Shown piece by piece: positions 11,182 through 20,942 of a DNA stretch of 64,000 bases. How positions within the stretch are numbered: position 1 is the first letter of the stretch; each line of letters opens with the position of its first letter. Location of the stretch: the NCBI GenBank assembly GCA_051859245.1, contig JBHYGA010000004.1, positions 512,001-576,000 on the forward strand. The letters are read 5' to 3'. The position numbers were made by a program, and so were the translations under genes. The notes beneath the pieces were generated by a model. The model was given only the letters and a program-made list of their open reading frames with translations. It had not been told where the DNA came from and made no database searches. The stretch is from Gemmatimonadaceae bacterium. GTDB lineage: Bacteria; Gemmatimonadota; Gemmatimonadetes; Gemmatimonadales; Gemmatimonadaceae.

Positions 11182-11340
11182 CTATCGAACCGCACCAGCG
11201 GCTCGCTTAGTGATCGGCAGAGCCAGGCCGTGCGCGCGATCATCTGAATCAAGTGCAATAACCGTCAGGCGCGTGGAGTCGATCGCGATCCAGTTGAAGA
11301 GAAAGCGCCAGTTGCTTGCGCCGGGTCGCTGGTCGGGCCA
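11182..11340 (-). pseudogene. Possible C-terminal remnant of a beta-propeller lipoprotein gene
   Basis: IAIDSTRLTVIALDSDDRAHGLALPI resembles the C-termini of the window's propeller paralogs; no start before the ahcY repeat. Confidence 0.3.
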
Positions 11341-11349
11341 CCGCACTCC

Positions 11350-11427
11350 GTATTGATGAGGTCGGTAGCGCAAGGTGTGATGAAGGCAGCGCGGTTGCCA
11401 TGTGACGGCAGCGCTGTATTCTTTGCG
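11350..11427 (+). repeat. Direct repeat of ahcY stop + downstream hairpin (island right boundary)
   Basis: 71/78 identity with 2947-3024. Confidence 0.9.
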
Positions 11428-11789
11428 CGCAATGCAGTTTTTCTTCGAGAAGCTGAGCATGCTCAGAGGAAAAGGTGCGATGACACGTCACTTCGCATTC
11501 GCGGCCCGCTCGACATGAATCCGTCTTTGAGGATCGTCACACGGTCTGCGCGGTTGCAGCTAGGCGGCTTCTTGTGCTTTGGTTCAATGTTTGCAGCAGA
11601 AACGCTTCGCACTGCGCACTTTTGCTTGACGGGATAGATGATTGGTGCGAATGTTTTTCGGTTTCGTCGCCTCAGCAGTGACGCGGAATATGCAGCGACA
11701 ACGTCCGACGCAAACCGCCACCTGCGGTGATCGCCTGCTGTGCAGATACTCGTTAGCATGACTTCTCGAATCGCTCGCTTCAGAGGGAT

Positions 11790-12440
11790 ATGCGCAAGAA
11801 ACGATCAGTTATTTTCGCGAGTACTCTCAAGCGTTTCGTTGAGTCCGCCATCCTGCAGCATCCAATCGTCGTCCTAGGCTCGATGGTTGGGGCCTTCGGG
11901 ATGCTCAACGTACTGGATTCGATAGTAGTCGCGCACCTTGGTACTCCCTGGTCAATGATCCCCGCGTGGATGTACCAGCTGCTTGGAGTCTTTCGCGCCG
12001 TGGTCAAGCCGATGTTCGATACACTCGCGCACGTGCTCGGCATTACGATTTCTCCCGCGTGGCGCGATTACTTCACGATGGGCATAATCGTGGGCAGCAT
12101 GCGGTTTCGTTCAACAATGCACATTCGGCGCGCAGTGTTGACAGACCAGCTCACTCGCTACGACGAGCCGATCTTCGGACGTACGATCACCGTCACGAAG
12201 GCTTCCGCAATCCCGGCTTGGTTTGTGTTCTTCTGTTCGAGAGTTAGCTATGCGACTGCCTTCTGGCCCGCCAAGCTATTCGGTGCGGTGTATCGCTATC
12301 TCACAGGGCAGATGCGTACCGGCGGCGCCGGAGCCAAGAAGGCACAGGCACAAGACCAACAATACCTCGTCTTCTTCGGTGCCATCATATGGTTCCTGTT
12401 CATTCTTCTCGCGTTGGCCATTACCCGTGCGTCTCGATAG
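11790..12440 (+). CDS. Hypothetical membrane protein
   Basis: 216-aa ORF with GAGGG RBS and several hydrophobic segments. Confidence 0.65.
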   Translation: MRKKRSVIFASTLKRFVESAILQHPIVVLGSMVGAFGMLNVLDSIVVAHLGTPWSMIPAWMYQLLGVFRAVVKPMFDTLAHVLGITISPAWRDYFTMGIIVGSMRFRSTMHIRRAVLTDQLTRYDEPIFGRTITVTKASAIPAWFVFFCSRVSYATAFWPAKLFGAVYRYLTGQMRTGGAGAKKAQAQDQQYLVFFGAIIWFLFILLALAITRASR

Positions 12441-12680
12441 TCGCTTGGCGGCATCACCTTCGGCTGCGGTCGCAACTTCGAATCGACAGTCGTCGTCGGC
12501 GCGCCGTCTAGCTCACCTCATGCAGAGGAAAGTTGGAGTCTTGTGAAGAAGCCAGAAGCCGTGTCTGTCATGCCGCAGGCCAACGACGCCTGCTGCCGAC
12601 GAGCTTAAGATCGGTTGCGGTTGTGGGAGTGCTAGCAGCGAAGCTCACCTTAAGCAGGAGACCTCATTTTTTGAGTAGCC

Positions 12681-13448
12681 ATGGATAGCGATGTAAAGCT
12701 GATCTCAGACTTGATTCATGGGCTAGGACTTACGCTTGCCACAGGCGTCGTGCTGATCGCCTTGATCGTAACGTTGGGTTGGCAGTACTTGAAAACGAGT
12801 GTTGAGAAGCGCGCCATTGCGGCGATCGACCGTGAACTGGATGCTCATCGTCAGCAACTCCAGCTTTCGGCCGACAGTGTTCGGCTCGACTTCCAACGAC
12901 GACTCGCCGATTTTGGGCTCTACAACGAACAGCGACATCGGTGTTATCGCCGACTTTTTCGCAGAGCGTTGGAAGCAGAGGGAGCACTTGGTAGTCAAGT
13001 TGGTGGCTTCATAGCTACGGACTTTTCAAATGCAACAAAGGATCAAGTCGCCGAGATCCTCGAACGGGCGGGAACCGCTGGGGAGGTGCGTGACGCGATT
13101 CTTGGCGTGTGGGAAGAGGATCGTTCTGCCGCAGATCGCCTGCTCGATGACGCGTTAAGACGGGCGCGGGAGCTTCGGGCACATCAATCATTTCAACGGT
13201 TCAAGAACGAGTTGCTCGTAAGCGATCTCTATGTTTCACAGACCGTTCGAGAATCGCTCATCCGTCTGAACCTTGTGCTTGCGTCCCTAAGCGCCCACAT
13301 CATGGTGCCCGACGACAGTGGAGTAAGGCCATTCGAACTGAAACAACAGGCATCCATGATGACGGCTGAGCTTAGAATCGCGATGGCAAATGACCTGTCG
13401 CGTGGAGACTATGGCGTTCCCGTCGACAGAACACTGCCGCGCGCGTAA
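12681..13448 (+). CDS. Hypothetical protein, N-terminal TM helix + coiled-coil region
   Basis: 255-aa ORF; hydrophobic stretch at residues 10-34. Confidence 0.65.
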   Translation: MDSDVKLISDLIHGLGLTLATGVVLIALIVTLGWQYLKTSVEKRAIAAIDRELDAHRQQLQLSADSVRLDFQRRLADFGLYNEQRHRCYRRLFRRALEAEGALGSQVGGFIATDFSNATKDQVAEILERAGTAGEVRDAILGVWEEDRSAADRLLDDALRRARELRAHQSFQRFKNELLVSDLYVSQTVRESLIRLNLVLASLSAHIMVPDDSGVRPFELKQQASMMTAELRIAMANDLSRGDYGVPVDRTLPRA

Positions 13449-13644
13449 CAGTTGATTGTACGACGGCTCGCACGGCTTGCTGCGTGCATCCTGTTGCAGC
13501 GCTCTGCAGCGAGCCTCGTGCGCTACACGGCGTGCGATTTGGTTCGTGTTGATTTGATCAAGCTTTTCGACATTATGGCACAAACGGTGTGGTGTTCATG
13601 CGGTTCTTCGCATACGTCGCCTTTCGAAATCATCCGGTGTCTGA

Positions 13645-14742
13645 ATGACTGACGTCCACTTCGCGAGACGAAGTCTTGCCCTTGTTGCACTGCTTGTCTT
13701 CGCTGCATGTGGGACCACCAACAGTGATACCGATTCCGAAGCGCCGCGCTTGGTCGAGCTTGAGGAGGCGCTCGCTGCGGGAACGGTGCTGCGGCTGGGC
13801 GCAGCGGACGGTCCGCAATCCATTGGCGCGGTGATGGCCGCGCGGATTACGCCGGATGGGTCACGGATCGTTGTGCTCGATCGCGAGCCGCCATATCTGA
13901 AAGTGTTTCGGCGTGACGGCACTCCGGAGGGGCAGTACGTCGCGCGCGGAAGCGGTCCGCAAGAGATGTCTGAAGTGTCCACCATGGCCGTTGATAACGA
14001 ACGAGCCTTTATCGTTGGTCCGTATGCACTGCTGGTGACGACACTGGATGGGTCAGTCAGCGAGAGAGTTGTGCCGGACTTTCCGCTGTTCGATATCGGC
14101 ACGGACTGCGCCGGACGCGTGATCGGCTACGGGCCGCGCGGCGATCCTGAACCACAGTTCCTGCACCAGCTCGCCGTTGATTCCACCGTGGCGGTGACTC
14201 GCTCAACGCTGCAGGGTCAGCGGACAGAACGCATGGCGTGGGGATTCGGACGATCGAGTGTGGTGCGTGCCTCGGCCGGCAGCGTGATCAACCACCGTGA
14301 AGAGGGCTTCAGTACGCCTGTGTTTCTGTCTTGCGACGGCGACACCTCGGCGCGGGGCTGGTCGTGGGCAGCGGCCGAGTTCCCTTCGAGACGGGACGCG
14401 CAGCGAGGACAGGAGTTGCGCGACGGTTCTACCGCTCAACTCACGTTTGACGCGACCGTGCCGATTAATGTGGGGGCAGCCGAGCTCGCCAACGGACGGC
14501 TTTTGTGGCTTGAGCAGCGGCTGATGTTCTCGGGCAAGAGGGAGATGGACGTGCGGTTGGACTGGTTTCTGGCGGATTCTGCGGGGCTGCGGCGTGGGTA
14601 CACATCCCAGTCCTATGTGCTCCAGGATGTCGGCGCTGGTTTGATGTTGATTTCGACGGACGAGCCGTGGTCACAGGTGTTGTTGGTCCCCGCTGACGCG
14701 GTGGAGCAGCTGCTTGGCCGAGGTTCGTGGAAGGCACGCTGA
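13645..14742 (+). CDS. 6-bladed beta-propeller-type lipoprotein
   Basis: Lipobox FAAC; RGSGPQEM variant of the GxGPGEF motif. Confidence 0.7.
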   Translation: MTDVHFARRSLALVALLVFAACGTTNSDTDSEAPRLVELEEALAAGTVLRLGAADGPQSIGAVMAARITPDGSRIVVLDREPPYLKVFRRDGTPEGQYVARGSGPQEMSEVSTMAVDNERAFIVGPYALLVTTLDGSVSERVVPDFPLFDIGTDCAGRVIGYGPRGDPEPQFLHQLAVDSTVAVTRSTLQGQRTERMAWGFGRSSVVRASAGSVINHREEGFSTPVFLSCDGDTSARGWSWAAAEFPSRRDAQRGQELRDGSTAQLTFDATVPINVGAAELANGRLLWLEQRLMFSGKREMDVRLDWFLADSAGLRRGYTSQSYVLQDVGAGLMLISTDEPWSQVLLVPADAVEQLLGRGSWKAR

Positions 14743-14902
14743 CCCGTCGTTTTTGGTGTTTGTTCGGATATTTGCTATATTTATGGAATCGGCCAGTTGC
14801 GGGCATTCGACTCGCCGCACCCCCACCTGCCAGGCCGCTCCTTGTAGGGGCGTGCTCACTACGCCGTCAATAACTACTCCCGTCGCCAGACTCAGCGCAC
14901 GC

Positions 14903-15919
14903 ATGAACGACCTGATTCTGTACACCACCGACGATGGGCGCAGTCAGATCAGGCTGCGGGCCAAAGACCAAACCGTTTGGCTAACGCAGCGCGAAATGGC
15001 GGAGCTGTTCAATGTCAGTTCCGACAACGTCGGCGTGCATCTCAAGAACATCTTCGAGGACGGCGAGCTAAATCGGGCGGCAACTACCGAGGAATCCTCG
15101 GTAGTTCAAACCGAAGGCAGCCGCGAGGTGCAACGTCCAGTCACGCTCTACAACCTCGACGCCATTCTCGCGGTCGGCTACCGCGTGCGTTCGCCGCGCG
15201 GTGTGCAGTTCCGTCGCTGGGCCTCAGTCATCCTCAAGGAGTTCCTGACCAAAGGCTTCGTGATGGACGACGAACGCTTGAAGAATCCGGATGGCCGTCC
15301 GGATTTCTTCGACGAGATGCTGGAGCGCATCCGGGATATACGCGCCTCGGAAAAGCGTTTCTATCAGAAAGTGCGCGATCTCTTTGCGCTATCCATCGAA
15401 TACGACAAGACCGACTCCGCTACACAGCAGTTCTTCGCGACGGTGCAAAATCTGTTGATCTTCGCAGTGACGCAAAAAACGGCGGTTGAACTCATTACCG
15501 CTCGTGCTAATCCCGACGATCCGCACTTCGGTCTGCTGGCGTGGAAGGGCGACAAGGTGCGCAAGGCCGACATTGTCGTCGCGAAGAATTACCTCACCGA
15601 AGACGAGATCGATACGCTCAACCGGTTGGTGGTCATCTTCCTCGAAACCGCCGAGCTGCGCGCCAAGAGCAAACAGGAAACGCGCATGGCGTTCTGGAAG
15701 CAGAACGTAGATCAGATCATCAGCTCGAACGGATTTCCGCTGCTCACGCACGCGGGATCTGTCAGTCACGAACAAATAGAAGCGCGCACAGGCGAGTTAT
15801 ATCTCGCGTTCGATCAGCAGCGCAAAACTCTCGAGGCGCAGAAAGCTGATGAGCAAGATGCAGCGGACCTGGAAGCGCTGGAGTCCACCATCAAGCGGCG
15901 TACGAAGCAACTACGCTAA
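14903..15919 (+). CDS. rhuM: RhuM-family virulence/DNA-binding protein
   Basis: TVWLTQ..MAELF, YNLDAILAVGYRVRS.RG.QFR.WA, RIRDIRASEKRFYQK, AKNYL motifs. Confidence 0.9.
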   Translation: MNDLILYTTDDGRSQIRLRAKDQTVWLTQREMAELFNVSSDNVGVHLKNIFEDGELNRAATTEESSVVQTEGSREVQRPVTLYNLDAILAVGYRVRSPRGVQFRRWASVILKEFLTKGFVMDDERLKNPDGRPDFFDEMLERIRDIRASEKRFYQKVRDLFALSIEYDKTDSATQQFFATVQNLLIFAVTQKTAVELITARANPDDPHFGLLAWKGDKVRKADIVVAKNYLTEDEIDTLNRLVVIFLETAELRAKSKQETRMAFWKQNVDQIISSNGFPLLTHAGSVSHEQIEARTGELYLAFDQQRKTLEAQKADEQDAADLEALESTIKRRTKQLR

Positions 15920-15949
15920 GCGGAGCAGGCGCAAGTTCATCGCTGCCTT

Positions 15950-16594
15950 TCAGCCGATCGTAGCGCGCAGACCCACTCCGAAAGTCGCGGTCCACGGGCG
16001 AAACGCGCGTGGACCACTCACGGTCTTGATCAGACCTAAGTTTGTCGTGAGTCCAATGCGGCTTCGAGCGGGAATGCGAAGCGACACGCCCCCAGAAACG
16101 GCTATGCCGTTTTCAGAATACCGCGCAGCAGCGGTCGATCTTTCCGCCTCATGTCGGGCGTGACCAGCGCCAGCGTTGAGGGTGAGACTTTGCAGAGCAG
16201 GCAGCGAGTACTGGCCGATCAAGAGCACATACTTGCTAGACTGATTGTACTCAAAACTGAACTGCTGAAACATTCGCCCCGCGATGCCGATAGCCAGTCC
16301 TTGCCCCAGCTTCACCCCAACCACGGCCTCAACCGCTGGTCCTGCAGCTCGAGCATTCGACGGACAGCCCGTGCAGTTTGCCGGCTGAACATCCCATGCG
16401 ACGCCCACCGATGCAAAGGCACGACCCTCCTCAGCAGTCGCCGATTGGGCCCGCAGAGGTTTGTCACTAAGCATCAGCGCCAACAGCGGAACGAAGAGAA
16501 AGCCGACCACCTTCAATGCCAGCGCGCGGGATAGCGAGGCGCGGTGACCGAATCTTGACGCGAACGTAGCGCTCAGCTCGTGACCTGTCGCCAT
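15950..16594 (-). CDS. Putative outer-membrane beta-barrel protein
   Basis: Signal-like segment and alternating beta strands ending TATFGVGLRATIG. Confidence 0.5.
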   Translation of the reverse strand: MATGHELSATFASRFGHRASLSRALALKVVGFLFVPLLALMLSDKPLRAQSATAEEGRAFASVGVAWDVQPANCTGCPSNARAAGPAVEAVVGVKLGQGLAIGIAGRMFQQFSFEYNQSSKYVLLIGQYSLPALQSLTLNAGAGHARHEAERSTAAARYSENGIAVSGGVSLRIPARSRIGLTTNLGLIKTVSGPRAFRPWTATFGVGLRATIG

Positions 16595-16744
16595 GGTAAC
16601 TCCCGTTGACGCTTGTGTTGGAGAAATCTTTCTTCAGCTTCTCGCTGACCCTTACGCAGATGGCGCAAAAATTCAGTAGGCTAGCTCCGTCGAACGCTCC
16701 GACTTTCCGTGGTGGTTTGTCGTCGGCAGTCATCGCGTAGATGC

Positions 16745-18847
16745 CTACCGACCTGGCCGCTGGTCGAAGCAAGTTGCTCCTGAAACCACACTGATTTCCT
16801 GCGGCACAAATGCGATCCCCGATGCCGCGTCTGTTACCTTGAGCAGAATCGTAACGGCGCCGGAGGCAGGGGTTCCGAGGCTTAGCGAGGAACCGGTGCT
16901 CTGCAGCATGGAGTTCACATACCACTCGTATGCATAGGGCTCGACTCCATTTGCGGCTCCGGCAAAATAGTTGCAACTAGAGTTCGGAGGAACTTCCGTG
17001 GCGCCGGATATTGTTGCGGACATGGGAGGCGGAGGTGGTGGATCGCCAGGATACCCCCTCTCTGTGGGATAACATTGCTGCGGAGAGGAGCAGACCAGTA
17101 CTGACATCTTTCGTGGATCGTCGGTGCCGAGCACCTGGTCAAGCACGGACATTTCCACCGTCGAGCGATACGGCATGTTGTCGAATGCCGGTAGAAACCG
17201 TATCGATCTCCTCGACTGCCAATACGTGTTGCCGGAGCCATCAGAGATGGCTCCTTCCACCGCATTCGTGACAATCTGCTCTGGCTTGCCGACCCATTGG
17301 GCAGCATAGGAACCGGAGCCGCCAAAACCCGCTGGTGGCGAGTTGATCACAGCGGATGCCCGCACAAAGGGATAGTAGTCCTGCGAGTTTATGGTGTTCG
17401 TGTAGTGGACTAATAAGCCTTTGAGCTGCGACACGCATGGACCACCGACTGCTGCGGAGACGTTGACCATTGCCATGCGCCATGAGGGTGCTCCCCCGCA
17501 CTGCGCACCGGTCGAAGTTTTCATGATTTGATCCATCACCTGCCGAGCGCTGAACGATGGGAAACGATGCCGGACGAGCGCAGCGACTCCACCGATGAAG
17601 CCGGTGGACGCAGATGATCCGTTTATGCTAAGAAGACCGGGCACGAGTCCCACGGTCGCGAGCGCGGTGTAGGCGACAACGCCGGATTTGCTGCCATAGT
17701 CGTACATGTTGGACGGCCGGCTCCCGTCACTGTTTGCCCCACTCACTGCCAGCACCTCCTCCTTCGAGGCTGGGAACACTGCGGTGTTGATTTGAGGACA
17801 GTTTCCCCCAATCGGACACGTTCCCGCTGCACCGACAAACACCACATCGCGTTCATAATGGTGATAGTCAATCACATCGCTAAGGAACTCAGAGAAGTTG
17901 GTCCCGGGTACGAATCCGAAGGCCATTATAACTACGCCTGCCCCGGTGCTGGCCGCGGTATCAACTGCTACTCCTGAAATAAATCCATTGGGTGAAGTGA
18001 CGGCGTTGCCCTGTCCGACTGAAATGAGGCTCGCACCGTACGCAACGCCAACACTTCGTGTGCCATTCATCGGACCAACTGCGAGAGATGCGATACGAGT
18101 GCCGTGAGAGCAACTCGGATAGCCATCTTGGACCACTTCAAGGGTGCGTGGGATTGGTCCAGATGAGAACCCGGAGCCAAACTCGCCGTCTCCCCAACCC
18201 AAGCCGGTGTCAACCATTCCCACCTTTACGCCTTGGCCAGTCGCGAGCTTCCAGCCATTCGGGACGTTCATCCCGTCAGCATCGTAAGTGGAGGCTACCA
18301 GATCCCCACTCGGCAGTAGCAGGGTCGGATCAGAAAACTGCGAATCACCACCACTGCTACCGGACTCACAACCGTCTCCGCTCGCCAGCGAGATCCGAAA
18401 GTAGGTGGGTTCTACGTAGTCGACGAACGGAAGCTGGCGGAGCCGTGCGAGGGCGCCGCGGCTGCCCAACTTGATACGGACAACAGGATATCGCAGCGAG
18501 TCAATCGCAAGAATCTTTACTTCCCGTTCTTGCCTTACTGCCGAGAGCGCGAGCTTCCATCGCTGCTGCGAAATTGCAATTCGCCCACGCACCATGCCGC
18601 GTGCCGTACCGACCTCCTTTAGTCCAACAATAACGCTACTGTCGATCTGAGAGCTCAAAATCCAGATGATGGAGTCCGATAAACTCCTCCGGTCGCCTTG
18701 GCCTGAGATTTGAGCGACTTGCTGGCCATCAAGGACGTTAGCGCTAAGCTGGGGGTCTGCAGAGGTAGTGGTATCGGGGCGACATGCGGACAGCAAACAG
18801 AACAGGAACAGTACCCACACTTGCGACGCACGTAGAAGCCAATTCAT
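16745..18847 (-). CDS. S8 (subtilisin-like) serine peptidase lipoprotein with C-terminal PKD/Ig-like domain
   Basis: LSAC lipobox; VGMVDTG (Asp), SHGT (His), AAG, NGSSAS (Ser); poly-Pro linker. Confidence 0.8.
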   Translation of the reverse strand: MNWLLRASQVWVLFLFCLLSACRPDTTTSADPQLSANVLDGQQVAQISGQGDRRSLSDSIIWILSSQIDSSVIVGLKEVGTARGMVRGRIAISQQRWKLALSAVRQEREVKILAIDSLRYPVVRIKLGSRGALARLRQLPFVDYVEPTYFRISLASGDGCESGSSGGDSQFSDPTLLLPSGDLVASTYDADGMNVPNGWKLATGQGVKVGMVDTGLGWGDGEFGSGFSSGPIPRTLEVVQDGYPSCSHGTRIASLAVGPMNGTRSVGVAYGASLISVGQGNAVTSPNGFISGVAVDTAASTGAGVVIMAFGFVPGTNFSEFLSDVIDYHHYERDVVFVGAAGTCPIGGNCPQINTAVFPASKEEVLAVSGANSDGSRPSNMYDYGSKSGVVAYTALATVGLVPGLLSINGSSASTGFIGGVAALVRHRFPSFSARQVMDQIMKTSTGAQCGGAPSWRMAMVNVSAAVGGPCVSQLKGLLVHYTNTINSQDYYPFVRASAVINSPPAGFGGSGSYAAQWVGKPEQIVTNAVEGAISDGSGNTYWQSRRSIRFLPAFDNMPYRSTVEMSVLDQVLGTDDPRKMSVLVCSSPQQCYPTERGYPGDPPPPPPMSATISGATEVPPNSSCNYFAGAANGVEPYAYEWYVNSMLQSTGSSLSLGTPASGAVTILLKVTDAASGIAFVPQEISVVSGATCFDQRPGR

Positions 18848-19187
18848 CAGTTTCTCGTAGAAACCTGTATGTGATTTACATCTGACAGTTCGAGCGGAGT
18901 TCCTTCATGTAGCGTCGCGCGGATTACTCACTCGCTGCACTTGGAAAAAAGCTCTTTGTATATCGCCGCTAGAACAACAGGCCGCTATTAGCCCGCGGGG
19001 GTATTGGTACGATCGGGCGGCCTGTGAACCGTTTGCCGCCGCCTCCATATGACACATCACAAACTGGTGCCTCATTTTGTTGCCTGCTACGTCAAGAGCG
19101 AGCGAGCACGGGGGTGATCCGAATAGTCGTCCTCTTGCTCTGTGTCAAAGAATGAGCACCGCGGCAAGTGCAGCAGCTGCCATCCTA

Positions 19188-19664
19188 GCGACGGTGCAGA
19201 ACCTGTTGATCTTCGCCGTGACGCAAAAAACGGCGGCTGAACTCATTACCGCGCGTGCCAATCCCGACGATCCGCACTTCGGTCTGCTGGCGTGGAAAGG
19301 CGACAAGGTGCGCAAGACGGACATTGTCGTCGCAAAGAACTACCTCACCGAAGACGAGATCGATACGCTGAACCGATTGGTGGTCATCTTCCTAGAAACC
19401 GCCGAGCTGCGCGCCAAGAGCAAACAGGAAACGCGTATGGCGTTCTGGAAGCAGAACGTGGATCAGATCATCAGCTCGAACGGATTCCCGCTACTCTCGA
19501 ACGCGGGTTCGGTCAGTCACGAACAAATGGAAGCGCGCACGGGCGAGTTATATCTCGCGTTTGATAAGCAGCGCAAACCACTCGAGGCGCAGAAAGCAAA
19601 TGCGCTAGACGCAGCCGACCTCGAAGCGCTGGAGTCCACTATCAAGCGACGTATCAAGCAATGA
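19188..19664 (+). pseudogene. 5'-truncated second copy of the rhuM 3' half
   Basis: Aligns with 15437-15910, differences mostly at third codon positions; N-terminal half is missing. Confidence 0.9.
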
Positions 19665-20026
19665 CCAATCCGTTCTTCGGCAGTTGGCGAATTGTGGAGA
19701 TGGAACTCTGGGGCGCCGACTACCTCGATCTTGTGGTCCAGGCGCATATCACGTTTGAATCCGATCGGCACGGATCGTTTCAGTTTGGTGCCGTGCGCGG
19801 AAGGATCGACTATCGGACAACCGATAGTGGAGAATCGCCGAGAGTAGATTTTTCGTGGGAGGGATTCAACGACGCCGACCGGAGTTGTGGTAGAGGTTGG
19901 GCGGTCATCACAAATGAGCAGTTGATCGGACGTTTGTTCCTCCACAACAGTGATGATTCCGCATTTGTCGCAGAGCGAACGTCTGACGCCGACCGTCGTC
20001 GGTCGCGTTCACGTCGCAAGTCGTAA
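19661..20026 (+). CDS. Conserved-looking hypothetical protein
   Basis: ATGA overlap with the rhuM fragment; GSWRIVEMELW...FSWEG..D...GRGW beta-rich pattern. Confidence 0.7.
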   Translation: MTNPFFGSWRIVEMELWGADYLDLVVQAHITFESDRHGSFQFGAVRGRIDYRTTDSGESPRVDFSWEGFNDADRSCGRGWAVITNEQLIGRLFLHNSDDSAFVAERTSDADRRRSRSRRKS

Positions 20027-20065
20027 AGGGCGATTTCGAAGGCTAATATTCTAATCGAAGCCACA

Positions 20066-20497
20066 ATGGACCCACGTACCATTCTGCCGCATCGATATCC
20101 ATTTCTGCTGGTAGACACCATCGATGACGTCGAGCGCGGAAAATCCGCGCGCGGCACAAAACTGGTGACGGGATCCGAGTGGTTGGTGATTGGCACAACC
20201 GGCGCGAACACACGGCGCGCCATGCCACATCTGCTCATCGTGGAAGCACTCGCGCAGCTGTCCGCGGCGGTGATGCAAGGACTGGTCGATAGCGAAGGCG
20301 CGATCGGCTATTTCATGGGCATCAACAACGCGCGCTTTCGCGGAGAGGCCGTGCCGGGTGACGTGATCGCGCTCTATGTGGAGCTGCAACAGTTTCGACG
20401 CGGCATCTGCAAGACGCACGGCGTGGCGAGCGTGAATGAAACGCAGGTTGTGCGGGTGGATATCACGTCGATAATTCGTAGTGCATCGACTGCCTGA
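20066..20497 (+). CDS. FabZ-like hotdog-fold dehydratase paralog
   Basis: LPHRYPFLLVD, EALAQ, ARFR..V.PGD motifs; the catalytic HFP motif is absent. Confidence 0.8.
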   Translation: MDPRTILPHRYPFLLVDTIDDVERGKSARGTKLVTGSEWLVIGTTGANTRRAMPHLLIVEALAQLSAAVMQGLVDSEGAIGYFMGINNARFRGEAVPGDVIALYVELQQFRRGICKTHGVASVNETQVVRVDITSIIRSASTA

Positions 20498-20501
20498 CTC
20501 A

Positions 20502-20564
20502 ATCAGAATCGACTTGAGTTCATTCCCGAATAGGCGATGCACAATATGCGCGGGTTTCTGAAAG
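20502..20564 (+). repeat. Degenerate fragment of the AbrB-type antitoxin gene
   Basis: 54/63 identity with 26516-26578; contains an in-frame TAG. Confidence 0.8.
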
Positions 20565-20646
20565 AAGCCCGGTTGTCGCAAGGCTGCTCGCCAACCCGAT
20601 CGGGATCGGTTAGGATCAAGTAGATCACACTCTGCCCGAGCACACC

Positions 20647-20829
20647 ATGGCCCATCCGACCGCGAAGGATCTGCTCCAAGAAGCTGTCGACCATCTCCCG
20701 ACGGATGCCTCGGTTGAGGAGGCCATGAAGCGCCTGCTCTTCCTCGCGAAGATCGAACGCGGGAAGGCCGACCGCGAGGCGGAACGGCTGGTCGAGCACG
20801 ACGAGGTCAGGCGTCGCCTCGCTCTCTGA
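20647..20829 (+). CDS. Small putative antitoxin
   Basis: LPTDASVEEAM..L..LAKIERGKAD...RLVEHDEVRRR pattern typical of ParE/RelE-associated antitoxins. Confidence 0.65.
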   Translation: MAHPTAKDLLQEAVDHLPTDASVEEAMKRLLFLAKIERGKADREAERLVEHDEVRRRLAL

Positions 20830-20844
20830 TGCGGAGCGACGTGC

Positions 20845-20942
20845 CTCTATAACGCAGTCGATCAACTCTCCGCGTTCCCTGACTCCGAGCGCATCGTGCC
20901 GGAGCGCGGCAACCCAACACTGCGACAACTCGTGCGACCGCG
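20845..20942 (+). pseudogene. Internal remnant of a ParE/RelE toxin
   Basis: Translates LYNAVDQLSAFPDSERIVPERGNPTLRQLVRP (the ParE 'L..FP.SGR.VPE' pattern); no start and truncated. Confidence 0.6.

Noticed and set aside
20588..20614. gccaac...gttagga mini attC
   Set aside because: Too short for an attC and no L boxes are evident
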